Part shown: positions 21,453 to 32,754 of the stretch, piece by piece
Layout of the letters: every line of letters begins with the position of its first letter
Numbering within the stretch: the first letter of the stretch is position 1
Source: a virus
Virus record (IMG/VR): IMGVR_UViG_3300019757_000164
Coordinates: 1-64,000 of that record
DNA length: 64,000 nucleotides
Reading direction: 5' to 3' (one strand)
Program-made: the position numbers and the translations under genes
The notes under the pieces: model-generated
Seen by the model: the letters and a program-made list of their open reading frames with translations, nothing else
Databases searched by the model: none
What the model was told of the DNA's origin: nothing

Positions 21453-21829
21453 TAATCCTCCTTGTTCATATCCTCAATAGCCCAATCAATAGCTTCGTCA
21501 AAGCAACATCCACCATTGTAATACATAACATGGTAATCAATTGTTCCATCATTATTTTCAACTGCATCAAATATATTATGATCATCTGATAAATTTTTCT
21601 TCGAGATAATCTCATACAAAAATCCTTTTACAATAACAAATCTATCTTCTAGTTCATCAAACCATGAAATAAACTCATAATTATTATCAAACACATCCGT
21701 ATCGTTCATTAACTCTGTATATCTCTTCTTTCCTTCATCACTTAGAGAAGTATGTAAATATGCCTCAACCTTTCTTGGTGCAATATCAATCTTTTTAATT
21801 TTGCCTTTATATCTTACCACTTCACTCAT
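21452..21829 (-). CDS. Hypothetical protein (YYNGG motif)
   Basis: ORF with GGAGG RBS. Confidence 0.6.
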   Translation of the reverse strand: MSEVVRYKGKIKKIDIAPRKVEAYLHTSLSDEGKKRYTELMNDTDVFDNNYEFISWFDELEDRFVIVKGFLYEIISKKNLSDDHNIFDAVENNDGTIDYHVMYYNGGCCFDEAIDWAIEDMNKED

Positions 21830-22107
21830 TTTAACCCTCCTTTATACGCTATATCCATGTAAATCAAACCAAAACTTAATATGCTTGTACACTCTTCGTT
21901 TTGTCACGGAAGAGTATGAAATTTTCCTAGCCCACTCTGGCTTTCTTTTCAACTCTATGTACTTTAATCTTCTAATTATTTGTTGACTTTCTTTTCTTGT
22001 ATAGTTATCAGAGAAGGTTTTCTCATCAACCAGTGTTTCTAGTAATTTGTCTTTAAAATCAAACCATTGTTGTCCACTTAGCTCTTCGATATAGTTCATA
22101 TTTCCTC

Positions 22108-22878
22108 CTATCTGATATTTTCTAAGTTGTTGTATACTAATTTAGCATATCTCCAACTATCCCACGAATTTCCGTTTTCAATATACTTGCTAAATCCGCT
22201 TATCCCTAAATTATATGAATTTAATGTGCGAATATTTAACTCGTATCCAGTATATCCTTTATCGTTCCAATAATCTTGGTAACTTTTATATATCCTCAAT
22301 GCGCATTCGATGTTGTCGTAAACATCATTTACTACATCAACTTCTCGTCCAGCCAACTCATTACACCAATTAAGATTTCCAGAATTGATTTGACATAACC
22401 CATAATCAGTTGAAGTAATTTGTCCTTGATCATTTTTATTGTATCCTCTTGCATTTACATCAAACCTACTTTCTAATTGTATTTTAGCTAATGCGATATC
22501 ATAATCTAATTGTAACTTTTTACACCATTCATAGATGTATATTTGATATTCATCATCCAAATCAATATCCCTATACCATAGCTCACGATATTTATACTCA
22601 GCTAATTCATTTTTAACCACTTGAACTTCATCTTCCATAATCTTGATACCTAGTTCCAGTTTAGCTAACTCATTATTCATAGTGATTCTCTGCTGTTTAA
22701 GTACTGTTACGTCTTGCTCTGACAGATTTAATTGTTCTTGAATGTTATTGCACTCCTCAATTACTAAATCCCTATCAGCCTTTAAATTACGCACGCTATT
22801 GCTTAAAATAAAGTATGCTACGACCATAACTAAAGCAACCATAATACAAACCTCTTGTAACCTAATTCTTAGTTTCAT
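22108..22878 (-). CDS. Membrane-anchored lytic transglycosylase (SLT domain) with coiled coil
   Basis: N-terminal hydrophobic helix; catalytic LESRF, DYGLCQIN, SYNLG. Confidence 0.85.
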   Translation of the reverse strand: MKLRIRLQEVCIMVALVMVVAYFILSNSVRNLKADRDLVIEECNNIQEQLNLSEQDVTVLKQQRITMNNELAKLELGIKIMEDEVQVVKNELAEYKYRELWYRDIDLDDEYQIYIYEWCKKLQLDYDIALAKIQLESRFDVNARGYNKNDQGQITSTDYGLCQINSGNLNWCNELAGREVDVVNDVYDNIECALRIYKSYQDYWNDKGYTGYELNIRTLNSYNLGISGFSKYIENGNSWDSWRYAKLVYNNLENIR

Positions 22879-22912
22879 TTTTTTATCTCCTCCTATATCT
22901 TAATTCTACTTT

Positions 22913-22941
22913 AGTATAGCAGAGTAAAACATAAGAGTCAA
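22913..22941 (-). promoter_or_regulatory. SigA-type promoter
   Basis: TTGACT-17 nt-TATACT with TG extension. Confidence 0.7.
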
Positions 22942-23110
22942 TAGCGATCTGAAACTTTTTCATTATTTATTGGAATGAATGCATCACACATACCATTGTC
23001 ATAAAATTTACTGTATGGTTGATACGGCTTTGGTGTCATTTTATAGCGCAAACATTTTAGTTTTCTTGAACATTTATCTCCATCTTGACATAGTGATATG
23101 TGTGACATAA

Positions 23111-23467
23111 TTACACCTCGATATCTAAATACATTTTAATCAACTTGCTCATCACTTCTACGTCTGGACTTCCAAAGTTCGTATATTGTTGATAACAAGA
23201 GTAAAGCTCTTTCACAACGTCTTCTTTACTGTGGAAATTTGAAAACATTTCAATTCTTTGCTGTATTATATGTTTTTCTAGCCACGATAGAGCCTCTGAT
23301 TTTGAATCGAATATTCTGTCTGATTCCACACCTTGCGAGCCGGATGAGTCCAAGCATTTTATCCAGTATCCATAATGTTCTTCGTTTAAAACATTGCATC
23401 TTTCAATACACTTATCATTGTTTGTTATAAACCAATAAGTTTTATCATGTTTAAATTCTTTAATCAT
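23111..23467 (-). CDS. Hypothetical protein
   Basis: ORF with RBS. Confidence 0.6.
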   Translation of the reverse strand: MIKEFKHDKTYWFITNNDKCIERCNVLNEEHYGYWIKCLDSSGSQGVESDRIFDSKSEALSWLEKHIIQQRIEMFSNFHSKEDVVKELYSCYQQYTNFGSPDVEVMSKLIKMYLDIEV

Positions 23468-23482
23468 TTTTTCCTCCTAACC

Positions 23483-24220
23483 TTAATATGGTTCTGGATA
23501 AGCGTCAAACCCATCTAAAATATTTCCATCTACTTCTAAGTAAATCCTTCTATTCCCACAACTGCATCTTCTTTCACCAACAATCCATGTAGAGCACTCA
23601 TAACAAGCGTGCTTCAAGTACAGTTCTGTACCGTCTGGATAGTTTTCTTCAGTCCATTTCTCTTTAGCGTGATCGTTTACGTATCTAATAATAGATTGGT
23701 CATCTAAATCATCCGTGTTAATATTGTTTTCTATAGCATAGACAATAGATGCTTTGAAAAGCTTATTCTTTTGCAATTCCTTGATCTTTGCTCTTTCGTA
23801 GTCGGCAGATAATCTTTTGTGACCTTCTACTATAGAAAATGGAGATCCATTTATATTTAACTTTATTCCGTCTTTCTCATAAGAGCCAACATCCATAGTT
23901 GGAATACTGTTAGGATATGTATTATATTTATTTGATATTGGTGTGTAAATATTCTTCTTAAACCAAGCGGTATAACCAAGTGATTTAAATATATTGGCTT
24001 TACTGTATTTTTCAATTGTTATATTATATTTAGTTAAAACATCTTTAATTTCTTTTAAAGCATTGTTTTTAAGCTCTATATTTTCCATTCTTAATTTTTC
24101 ATTTTCTTTTTTTACAGATTCCCATTCCTCTTGTATTCTTAAAACTTCTTCTTTGGACATAGTGGCTAGCTTATGCCAGTTCACTTTTCTTGTTAGCTCT
24201 CTATTTTTATAAGCTTTCAT
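23483..24220 (-). CDS. Hypothetical protein with C-terminal Cys cluster
   Basis: CYECSTW...RRCSCGNRR. Confidence 0.6.
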   Translation of the reverse strand: MKAYKNRELTRKVNWHKLATMSKEEVLRIQEEWESVKKENEKLRMENIELKNNALKEIKDVLTKYNITIEKYSKANIFKSLGYTAWFKKNIYTPISNKYNTYPNSIPTMDVGSYEKDGIKLNINGSPFSIVEGHKRLSADYERAKIKELQKNKLFKASIVYAIENNINTDDLDDQSIIRYVNDHAKEKWTEENYPDGTELYLKHACYECSTWIVGERRCSCGNRRIYLEVDGNILDGFDAYPEPY

Positions 24221-24740
24221 AACTTCCTCCTAATCCTTATAAAACATTCCGCACAGGGTGCATATTTTTCCGAACACTCGACCTTCATCCGTAACTTCAT
24301 GGGTATCTATTCGCTTATCTTCTGGACAGTCACATACGTATTCCTCCATAGTTTTTTCAATATACCCTTGATCAAATCCGTTTTTATATAGCTCCATTCT
24401 TAAGTCTTTAAACAGCTTTGATCGGAATATTTTTCTTCTTAATTTCATTATTACCTCCTATTTTTATTCATGAATGATAATTGCTTGGATATTACAAATA
24501 CGAATTCATCAAATTCATCCCATTCCATTTTCTTTTCTGATTCTATAAAATCTTCTCTATTATTTTCAAAACAATGCTTTTCAAAAACACACCAACCTTC
24601 CCTAGTTGCTAGTTGTTGCGCATCTAACCATTCAGTTAATGTAGAGTTGCCGTCATATTGAACGCGTACATATTTTTCAAGCTTATCAAGCAAATCATAT
24701 AGAAATTTGTATTCGAATTCATACTTCATAAATCCTCCTT

Positions 24741-25241
24741 TTATTTTAAATTCTCTTGAGTAAGCGAAATTAATCTTACGATATCACTCGGTTTATGCCC
24801 ATCCCATTCCGGTGCCTTATCAAGTTCTTTAACCTTAAACATAGACCAGTTCTGCATATGGTAGTGATATGTATATTGTCCTTGAATAGTTTCAATTCCA
24901 ACGATAAAATAGTCATCATACATAGTCCCATCATCATGCAGTTTTGACTTCCAAGCTCTGTCTTTATTTTGATTACATACGACAGAAAACAGCATCATTC
25001 TATGAAAATATAGTTCATCAAAAGTATGATATCCGTCTGAAATATCACCTTTATCAATTATTCTTTTGTTGATTTCATGGTTGATGTCTTCATTTGATCT
25101 TGTAGAGTGAATTATCTCCTTCCCACATTCTATACATTTCCAGATGCTTCTACCACCAAAACGTTCAATTGAATCTCCACCCAAGTCTGTAATATGCTTA
25201 ATTTTTGGATGTTTGCACTTCTTTTTAAATAATGTTAACAT
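24741..25241 (-). CDS. Conserved phage protein (SDGYHTFDELY...WDGH motifs) with N-terminal Zn-finger-like part
   Basis: Motifs recognised from common phage hypothetical proteins. Confidence 0.6.
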   Translation of the reverse strand: MLTLFKKKCKHPKIKHITDLGGDSIERFGGRSIWKCIECGKEIIHSTRSNEDINHEINKRIIDKGDISDGYHTFDELYFHRMMLFSVVCNQNKDRAWKSKLHDDGTMYDDYFIVGIETIQGQYTYHYHMQNWSMFKVKELDKAPEWDGHKPSDIVRLISLTQENLK

Positions 25242-25255
25242 AACTCCTCCTTTGT

Positions 25256-25651
25256 CTATTTACTATCTTCTTTAAATGTGCACTCATATTCTCTATCAAA
25301 CTCAAATTTAGATATAGTATTCTTAAATCTCTCATTACAGATATACGAAGATGTTCTCTTTGGAAAATTGTCATATTCTTTTACAACTTCGCACTTTGTA
25401 GAATCGTCTACAATCTTAGCTTTATGAATCACAGTCTTATCTATAAAATCATGATAGAATTCTACAGTTATTGATTCATCATCTTCCTTAACTGACTGAA
25501 TTCTTCTTAGCCTAGGCAATGATAAAGTTGAACTATAACTAGTATTCGAATAAAATTGTTTTACATATTCATCCCAATCAGTTGTGTAAATAACACGTTC
25601 TTGCCAATCGGTAAGATCATTAATTACATATTGTTTTTCATGTATTTTCAT
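25256..25651 (-). CDS. Hypothetical protein
   Basis: ORF with AAAGGAG RBS. Confidence 0.6.
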   Translation of the reverse strand: MKIHEKQYVINDLTDWQERVIYTTDWDEYVKQFYSNTSYSSTLSLPRLRRIQSVKEDDESITVEFYHDFIDKTVIHKAKIVDDSTKCEVVKEYDNFPKRTSSYICNERFKNTISKFEFDREYECTFKEDSK

Positions 25652-25868
25652 ATATCTCCTTTCATCACTTAGTTAACAAATTAAACCCTGCGACCATCAT
25701 TATAGAAGTCACCATTGATAATCCAAACACCATTAAGAATTTGCAAAGACCCATAACATATACCATAGCACAAATTATTCCGACCATTGGAATTCCAACT
25801 AAAAGCCCTCCGATTATCAATATTTTTGTTTTATTCATTCTACCTCCTCTTTTTCTAAATTACACACC

Positions 25869-25940
25869 TAGTATTTTCAACCCTTTAACCCCACAGTGTG
25901 TATAATCGTTTATTATGCATACAATGTCATCAAACACTGA
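25869..25940. repeat. Dispersed dif-like repeat, site B
   Basis: tagtattttcaac...cagtgtgtataa-TCGTTTA-ttatgcatacaat...tcaaacactg. Confidence 0.85.
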
Positions 25941-26391
25941 TTAACTCGTCAGCCTCTTTTATTCTTTTGCTTGCTTTAAAATATGTTTCACCAATCCATT
26001 CGCCACAATTTACACAACGCTGTCTAACGCTATAGCCCGGAAAATTATCATCATGATATGAAATTGGAAATAATGCTAGTCTATGTGCGCCACTAGCAAA
26101 ACTAGATTCTTTGCATTTGCCAATTGGTGCAGTAAACCCAAATGGTGTGAAGTATTTTTGTCTTTTGTCCATATTTCCCTCCTTATTCCCAAATGGATTA
26201 GCCTCTCCATACACTTTGATCATATATTCGTCTGACCAATAATCACTATGTTCTCTATTAAGTTTTTCTAATTCTTCAATCGTCTTCAATACAGTTCCTG
26301 CATCATGAGATTCTTCGCACATGAACTCACCATACCAACAACTAGCCTTTAGGCACTTATCACAAACTTCTACTAATTTATTTTTATTCAT
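25930..26391 (-). CDS. Hypothetical protein, apparent two-ORF fusion
   Basis: In-frame internal AAGGAGG-ATG; stop codon lies in the arm of site B. Confidence 0.6.
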   Translation of the reverse strand: MNKNKLVEVCDKCLKASCWYGEFMCEESHDAGTVLKTIEELEKLNREHSDYWSDEYMIKVYGEANPFGNKEGNMDKRQKYFTPFGFTAPIGKCKESSFASGAHRLALFPISYHDDNFPGYSVRQRCVNCGEWIGETYFKASKRIKEADELISV

Positions 26392-26898
26392 ATTTCCTCC
26401 TTATTTAATAATCTTCACATAATACCCACTGTAATGTTGATATTTGTGAATCAAATTGTGATCTTATTGTTTGATAAAACCGGTCGTTTCCATTTTCATA
26501 TATTTTTCTTTGTTTCCTTAAAAAATCAATCTCTTTTTTAATATCCTCTTTAGTTCTCATCTACCCATCCTTATATGTGGATACTGGTTTTAATAATCTG
26601 TGTAGTTCAGTAGCAATATCAAATAATTCATCAGTTTGTATAACCACACAACATTCATGATTTACATCATTGATTATTTCTAAATATAAAACGCCATTAT
26701 CATTTTGAGTAAATGTAAATGAAAGGACTGTATCTCCTCCATCATCCATATTATAAAGCTGTGACTGATCTAAATTAAAGTGTTTCAGATGAGTCGATTT
26801 TGTCATTTGAGCAATTACATTGAAAATGTCATCCTCATTAATCATAAAACTAAAAGTGCATTCCATTATTTATCCTCCTTTTATTATATCTTAACCTA

Positions 26899-26927
26899 AT
26901 AATACACCCAAAACATATCATTGTCAA
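26899..26927 (-). promoter_or_regulatory. SigA-type promoter
   Basis: TTGACA-17 nt-TATTAT. Confidence 0.65.
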
Positions 26928-26979
26928 GAGTGTATTTAATTTTTATTCAGTTTATTTAGCATAGAAAAACAATATAAGA

Positions 26980-27465
26980 TTAATCTCCTTTTATAGTTAT
27001 ATGATACCATGGATCATCATCTGCAATTGTCATAAAAATAATTTGAACCCAACCTCTAGCATCTGATTCTTCATAATATTTTGTTACGGTAGTTACATCC
27101 GTATATTCAACAACATCATTATTTTCTAATTTTATTGATATGATATCCCCGTCATCATCTCTGAAATTTAATTCGTTTTCATATTTGCTTTCACCCACAT
27201 ATTCATAATTACAATAGGTAATACTATCTATATATGATTCATTTTCAAATGAAACTCTACCAAACCACAGTGATAATGGGATGAAAACCATTAATAGGCA
27301 AATCAACAGCCAGTATATATTTTCTTTTAAAGAACCTTTTTTAAATGTCATTATACCAAAAACAAAACCGACCAGTCCAAATATCAATACAAATGGACTA
27401 ATTATCCAAAAAACAACACTTGTAGCTAATAGAAGCATAGCTCCTAGTATAAATAATACAATCAT
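26980..27465 (-). CDS. Hypothetical membrane protein
   Basis: Two to three N-terminal hydrophobic segments. Confidence 0.65.
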   Translation of the reverse strand: MIVLFILGAMLLLATSVVFWIISPFVLIFGLVGFVFGIMTFKKGSLKENIYWLLICLLMVFIPLSLWFGRVSFENESYIDSITYCNYEYVGESKYENELNFRDDDGDIISIKLENNDVVEYTDVTTVTKYYEESDARGWVQIIFMTIADDDPWYHITIKGD

Positions 27466-27474
27466 TTTATTTCT

Positions 27475-27513
27475 CCTTTCACTTTATAGTAATTTCAATA
27501 CTTTCAAATGCTG
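27475..27513. repeat. Core-deleted copy of the dif-like repeat
   Basis: cactttatagtaatttcaatactt joined directly to tcaaatgctg; both outer arms match site C but the central core is missing. Confidence 0.6.
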
Positions 27514-27534
27514 TTTATTTCGTCAAATGTTGTT

Positions 27535-28107
27535 TCAACTACCCCACACTATATCTTTTAAAAATTTTTTATTTAGCTCGATATCTTTCGATGGTATTGG
27601 GTTTGCTATTTTTTCATATGAATCTAAATAGAACGCATATAGATCATTATTACACTCTACAAACAATAAGTTTTCTGAAAAGTGCATCTTTTCAGGTAAT
27701 GATTTAAAATATGTTGGTAGTTTAGTTTCAATATTTTTATTCACATATGCAACGTTAACATATGTATCATCTTGTTCTAATACTGATTCTACATCAATAA
27801 AACAGGATGGTGTATAAAATACTCCTTCAATCCAAATTCTATCTAGTTTAAATATGCCATTTGGATTCTTTAAATCAAATAGGTCTTGTTCTAAAGTAGA
27901 CGTCTTTTGTCTCAGATCAAATATTTCATCGCTTAGTTTTTCATATCTAGGTACCATCTCCACAATCGGCTTTTTATCGAGTCCATTGAATTCAATCATT
28001 CCAAGTTCTTCTTCTATATATATTTGGTCATTCAAGTTTTTTATAGCCCTATCTAGCCTTTCTATGTCTTTAGCTACTCTTTTTAATATCTTAAAAAATT
28101 TAAACAT
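27535..28107 (-). CDS. Hypothetical coiled-coil protein
   Basis: 190-aa ORF. Confidence 0.6.
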   Translation of the reverse strand: MFKFFKILKRVAKDIERLDRAIKNLNDQIYIEEELGMIEFNGLDKKPIVEMVPRYEKLSDEIFDLRQKTSTLEQDLFDLKNPNGIFKLDRIWIEGVFYTPSCFIDVESVLEQDDTYVNVAYVNKNIETKLPTYFKSLPEKMHFSENLLFVECNNDLYAFYLDSYEKIANPIPSKDIELNKKFLKDIVWGS

Positions 28108-28303
28108 TCCATCCCCCCTTATTTAGTATGCGACACATCGTACTGTATGCCTTATCTATGCGCGCACATAGTTCTAAGCTTTCCATTATTTCTTTGAATT
28201 CTTCTTCTGTTATTGTATTGTTTTGATACGAATGATTAACTAGCATCAATACCATTTCCCTAACTTTCAATATATCAGACATTTACTTCCTCCTTTCACT
28301 TTA

Positions 28304-28375
28304 TAGCAATTTCAATACTTTAATAGCCATGTGTGTGTAATTGCATCTTATGCACACAATATACTCAAACGCTGA
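28304..28375. repeat. Dispersed dif-like repeat, site C
   Basis: tagcaatttcaatacttt...atgtgtgtgtaa-TTGCATC-ttatgcacacaat...tcaaacgctg. Confidence 0.85.
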
Positions 28376-28391
28376 TTATATTGGATCAATC

Positions 28392-29333
28392 TTATTTCTT
28401 CCAATCATCTGGTAAGAAACTAAAAATATGTTTTATGACAGGAACAGTCCAACCGTCGCCAAGCATATTGTATCTATTTGTTACCGATACTCCATCTGTA
28501 TAATTGTCATAAAATCCCTGTAATCTTTCGTATTCGATTGGTGTTAATTTTCTACACTTTTGATCTTGGTATACCTTCTTTTGTAAATTTCCACCCCTGC
28601 AAGAAGTTAGGGTTGCACACTTATTATTTAAATTATAAACTCTTTTTAGGATATCATGACCTTTTATCTCCAATGTTGCTTGAACTTTTTTGTCGTCTCC
28701 ATTATAAGTGAATGGCTTGTCATACCAATATGAATATTTATGTTTAATCTCCAGATCATTGACTTCTTGTTTGCTCATGATTATATCATTTAAAATAATT
28801 CCTTGATCGTTAGGCTTTGGTATCTCTCCGTTGTTTATATTAGTCCAATAATATCTTTTTCTGTCTTGGGCAGTCAAAAGTGAACTATCTATCATAATTG
28901 GTTCTACTCCTAGGCACTCTGTTATGATATCTTTATCTTCTTTTTTCATGCTTTCTACATTTTCACATAAAAATAAAACATTTGGATTTTCTTCTTTGCA
29001 TTTTTTTAAAATTTCCAATGCAGTGTAAAACAAACTTGATTTTTCACCCTTTAATCCTTGATTATGGTCATAATTGTTAATTACGGCTCTGCTTAAATTC
29101 CGACATGGAAACCCGAACATAACTATATCAATTTTTTTAAAGTCGATATTCCAATTTTTATATTCGTTTACATCCCCTAATTGAATTGTGTTTGGAAAAT
29201 TCTTATTCGTAACATCAATTGCTTTTTTGTATATTTCACTTGCATAGTATTCTCCAATATCTAGCCCTAACTCTTCTGCTGAATACTGACCTCCACTCAT
29301 TCCATCGAATAAACTTAAAAAATTCTTTTTCAT
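28392..29333 (-). CDS. DNA (cytosine-5) methyltransferase
   Basis: Motif I LSLFDGMSG, motif IV GFPC, motif VI ENV, motif VIII QDRKRYYW, motifs IX-X ERLQGF and LGDGW. Confidence 0.93.
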   Translation of the reverse strand: MKKNFLSLFDGMSGGQYSAEELGLDIGEYYASEIYKKAIDVTNKNFPNTIQLGDVNEYKNWNIDFKKIDIVMFGFPCRNLSRAVINNYDHNQGLKGEKSSLFYTALEILKKCKEENPNVLFLCENVESMKKEDKDIITECLGVEPIMIDSSLLTAQDRKRYYWTNINNGEIPKPNDQGIILNDIIMSKQEVNDLEIKHKYSYWYDKPFTYNGDDKKVQATLEIKGHDILKRVYNLNNKCATLTSCRGGNLQKKVYQDQKCRKLTPIEYERLQGFYDNYTDGVSVTNRYNMLGDGWTVPVIKHIFSFLPDDWKK

Positions 29334-29351
29334 ATATTCCTCCTAATCTTT

Positions 29352-29684
29352 TTATATGATTTCTTGATTGCCTTTGTACATATCAAGACAATATCTCATA
29401 TCATCCATGTCGTTCTCATCGCACACCAAACCTTGCACTCTACCTTTTGAATTTTTCCATATGAACATCAGTACATGATATCTGCCGCCATGTTCAGATT
29501 CTAATATTACCGAGTGATAAAACTTATCATTCTTATGTTTTGTATTATATATCTTGTTATACAAATAAATACTATCTGTCCTAAGTAAATCATATCCTAG
29601 TTCAGTTTGTAGTGATCCATGAAGATAAATATAGCTCAATTGTAAGGTATCATCATGTGAAATTTCATTGTCTAAAAATAACAT
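29352..29684 (-). CDS. Hypothetical protein
   Basis: ORF with RBS. Confidence 0.55.
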   Translation of the reverse strand: MLFLDNEISHDDTLQLSYIYLHGSLQTELGYDLLRTDSIYLYNKIYNTKHKNDKFYHSVILESEHGGRYHVLMFIWKNSKGRVQGLVCDENDMDDMRYCLDMYKGNQEII

Positions 29685-29711
29685 TTATTTCCTCCTTTTT
29701 ATTAATATTTG

Positions 29712-30047
29712 TTATTGTTTGTTGTAGTCCCTCAGTTGAATTAGTCCAAATTCACCGTCTTTACACTCTCTAACTTCAAGTTCTTTTAAATAATATCCAT
29801 TATGTTCTTCGATCTCATATGATTTATCAAAATATCTTTCACAGATCTCACACTCTTCGTAATCGTCATGTTCGGTTTCAAATACATGATTCTGTAATGA
29901 ATTAATTTCATCTCTTAATAGTTTAAATTCTTGTTTTAGCTGGCTTAATCTATTTACTGCTTCTTCTTTATTAACATATGCATCAACGATATCTCTTCTA
30001 TAGTCCTCGTAAGACCCGCTAGAATGCTCTATTAAATATACTTTCAT
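29712..30047 (-). CDS. Hypothetical phage protein
   Basis: MKVYLI...GSYEDY N-terminus; RBS. Confidence 0.6.
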   Translation of the reverse strand: MKVYLIEHSSGSYEDYRRDIVDAYVNKEEAVNRLSQLKQEFKLLRDEINSLQNHVFETEHDDYEECEICERYFDKSYEIEEHNGYYLKELEVRECKDGEFGLIQLRDYNKQ

Positions 30048-30068
30048 TTATTTCCTCCTTTTTATAAA

Positions 30069-30097
30069 ATAATAACATAGTATCTATATTATGTCAA
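30069..30097 (-). promoter_or_regulatory. SigA-type promoter
   Basis: TTGACA-17 nt-TATTAT; 30055-30083 is identical over 29 nt to 34207-34235. Confidence 0.7.
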
Positions 30098-30124
30098 GTA
30101 CACAATAATTTTAAACGATATTTA

Positions 30125-30466
30125 CTACTTATTATCAACACTTGTTAATTTATTAATCTCAAACTTTCTTTCGCCTACATCTTCTAGTATTTCAATTACA
30201 ACACCTTCAATGGAATCTTCCATTACTTGTAATTCGTTTCCATACATGGCACCATATTTTTCAAAATCCTTATCCTTGTATCCAATGTCAATTGTAATAA
30301 TTGTAAAATCGCCGTTATCAGTAATTATTGTATCTCCTACTTCAACGTCTTCTATCTTTTGTCTTAGTCTAATCTCATCAGCCAATCGCTTACCTCCGAA
30401 TTGATTAACCTGATAAAGATTCATTATATCCATTGCTTTTGTTAATTCTTTTAGTGTGTATTTCAT
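30125..30466 (-). CDS. Hypothetical protein
   Basis: ORF with GGAGG RBS. Confidence 0.6.
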   Translation of the reverse strand: MKYTLKELTKAMDIMNLYQVNQFGGKRLADEIRLRQKIEDVEVGDTIITDNGDFTIITIDIGYKDKDFEKYGAMYGNELQVMEDSIEGVVIEILEDVGERKFEINKLTSVDNK

Positions 30467-31938
30467 TTTCAGCCTCCTTCATATCAAATATTTACTTAAT
30501 TGCAATAAATCCAGAAACTAATATTGCCCCGCATTCACAACTAGTATCTTCTTTACATCCTATATCATATGTATACACGCTTTGTTTCTTATCGCAATAT
30601 GGGCAAACTACATTTATCATAGTTAAACCACTTTTATCTCTAGTTTCGCCTGTAATTCTCAGTCTTTTCATCAAATCCCCCATTTTCTATTAATCTCGCT
30701 ACGCATATTTCCTACTCTCTCTTCTTCAGTAATTAATCTACATTCAAAATGAGCATAAGGTTCATCACTCTCGTATCTATCCATATATTCCTCAGCATCC
30801 TCTTCTGTTAGGCTACAAGTATACAGTACGCCATTTTTAAAAATAGCATATTCACACACTCCCCATTCATATTCTAGACTTTTCATAGACTCTCCTTTCT
30901 TTATTGTCCATTAATTAATTTTACTACAATATTCATACTCCGTACAGTGACTTCCACACTGATCTGTATCCCATAAATTACATTGTTCTGACCATCCACA
31001 ATAATAACAATGAAACGGAGGATATACATATCCAACGCCGTTATTAATTCCTTCAGACTCTGCTTTTTTACAACAATTAGGACAATCTTCGTATATTATT
31101 TTATCCATATTAAAACTCCTATCCATATAAAATCATTCCAACTTATTCGTCATCAACTATCTCGAACATCTTATCTTTTTCTGACATTTTCAAATAACAC
31201 CACCTATTAAAATTATCATAATAATTTATTTCGTTTTCATCATGTGAATATACTTTTACAGTGTCTCCTTCATCATTACCAAAGGTATTTTTTAAAAACT
31301 TCACCTTCATCAAAACCCATCCTTTCTCTATAAAATTATCCCAACTTCTTCACCTTCATCAACTTTAATTATTTGAGAATAAAATTGTCTACACTCAGTC
31401 CTGCTCAGATTGTCTTTTTCATGCTCAATCTTACAACTCTTATCAGCCATTGATACAATATATCCCACCTCAAGATCTCTGTATTTTAATTTCATAAAAA
31501 CAACCTTATCACCTACGCTCAATTCATTCCCTAAGAAATCTTTCTTCATAATATTTTCCTCCTTATTGAAATATATTCCATACATAAAACATATTCCACA
31601 GTATTATACCCAATCCACAACTTACAAATAGCAGTATTAAAGTTTTAACCCACCAATTATTTTCTATAAAATCATCAATCTTTTTAATATTCATACTATT
31701 CTCCTTTGTATTCTAGTTTAATACTTTTTATATCTTTATATTCCACATCTTCCTCTAGGTCGTCTACTCTACTTGATATATCCATGCCTTCTTCTCCTAT
31801 ATAGTAAACATCTACTCCTAGAAATCTAGACCCATCATTTAATTCTATGGTTACACTATCTCCTTCTTGTATGTTTTCAGCACTGTCGATCAAACTTAAT
31901 GTGCGTTGAATATAATAATTTTCCATAAGTCCCTCCTT

Positions 31939-32331
31939 TTACTTTTCGTCAAAGTTTTTCAAAACATAATCTGTTATTTCTTGTCTATTATTGTTTAAAT
32001 ATTGTAAATCTGAATCTGTCATACAACAATCGTTTAGTTCAATTTGTTCTGGTTTTAGCGGGTTTAGCATTCTATTTCCAACAAACTCACAGCACTTATA
32101 AAATCTATCATTTATCTCTATCTTGTCTTTAATTTTATTTTGTCTACTATAGATAATATCAACCAAATCACATACGTTATAGGTTTCTCCCGACCATTCT
32201 ACGGCATATATACCTAGGGGACATTCGGCACACTTAAAACCTGATTCAAAAGTGCATCGAAATGACTGCATCTCTTCAATAGTTGACAGCAAATCATTTG
32301 ATAATTTTATAATTTTCTCTTTGTTTCCCAC
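31939..32331 (-). CDS. Hypothetical protein with Cys motif
   Basis: CAECPL; GTG start with RBS. Confidence 0.55.
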   Translation of the reverse strand: MGNKEKIIKLSNDLLSTIEEMQSFRCTFESGFKCAECPLGIYAVEWSGETYNVCDLVDIIYSRQNKIKDKIEINDRFYKCCEFVGNRMLNPLKPEQIELNDCCMTDSDLQYLNNNRQEITDYVLKNFDEK

Positions 32332-32754
32332 GATTAACTCCTTTCACATCATTACTACAACCATTTAAATTCAGTTTCAATCCAATTAACAAAGTCTTCT
32401 AAATTTTTACAATCTGCATAAACTTGTTTTATCTCACAGTTTCTCTTATATAGCTTCCACAAGTTATCTATTTGATAGAGATTAAATATATTACAGCTTG
32501 AATCATAATTTACTAAATACTCTTTTATGTTGTTTAGTTTCTCAATATCATTACTCAATTGGGTGTCTTTGTTTACGATCATGTTTGCTTTAGTATACAG
32601 ATTCACAACTACCTCCATTCATAACCAAATGTATTGCCTTTTACACATAGTCTAAATTCAGATCCACCTCTATTATTTACAAGATGGATTGCTAGCCTCC
32701 TTCTTGCCTCTGATGGGGTAGCGGACATTACAAAATTCCATTTTCTACATAGTT

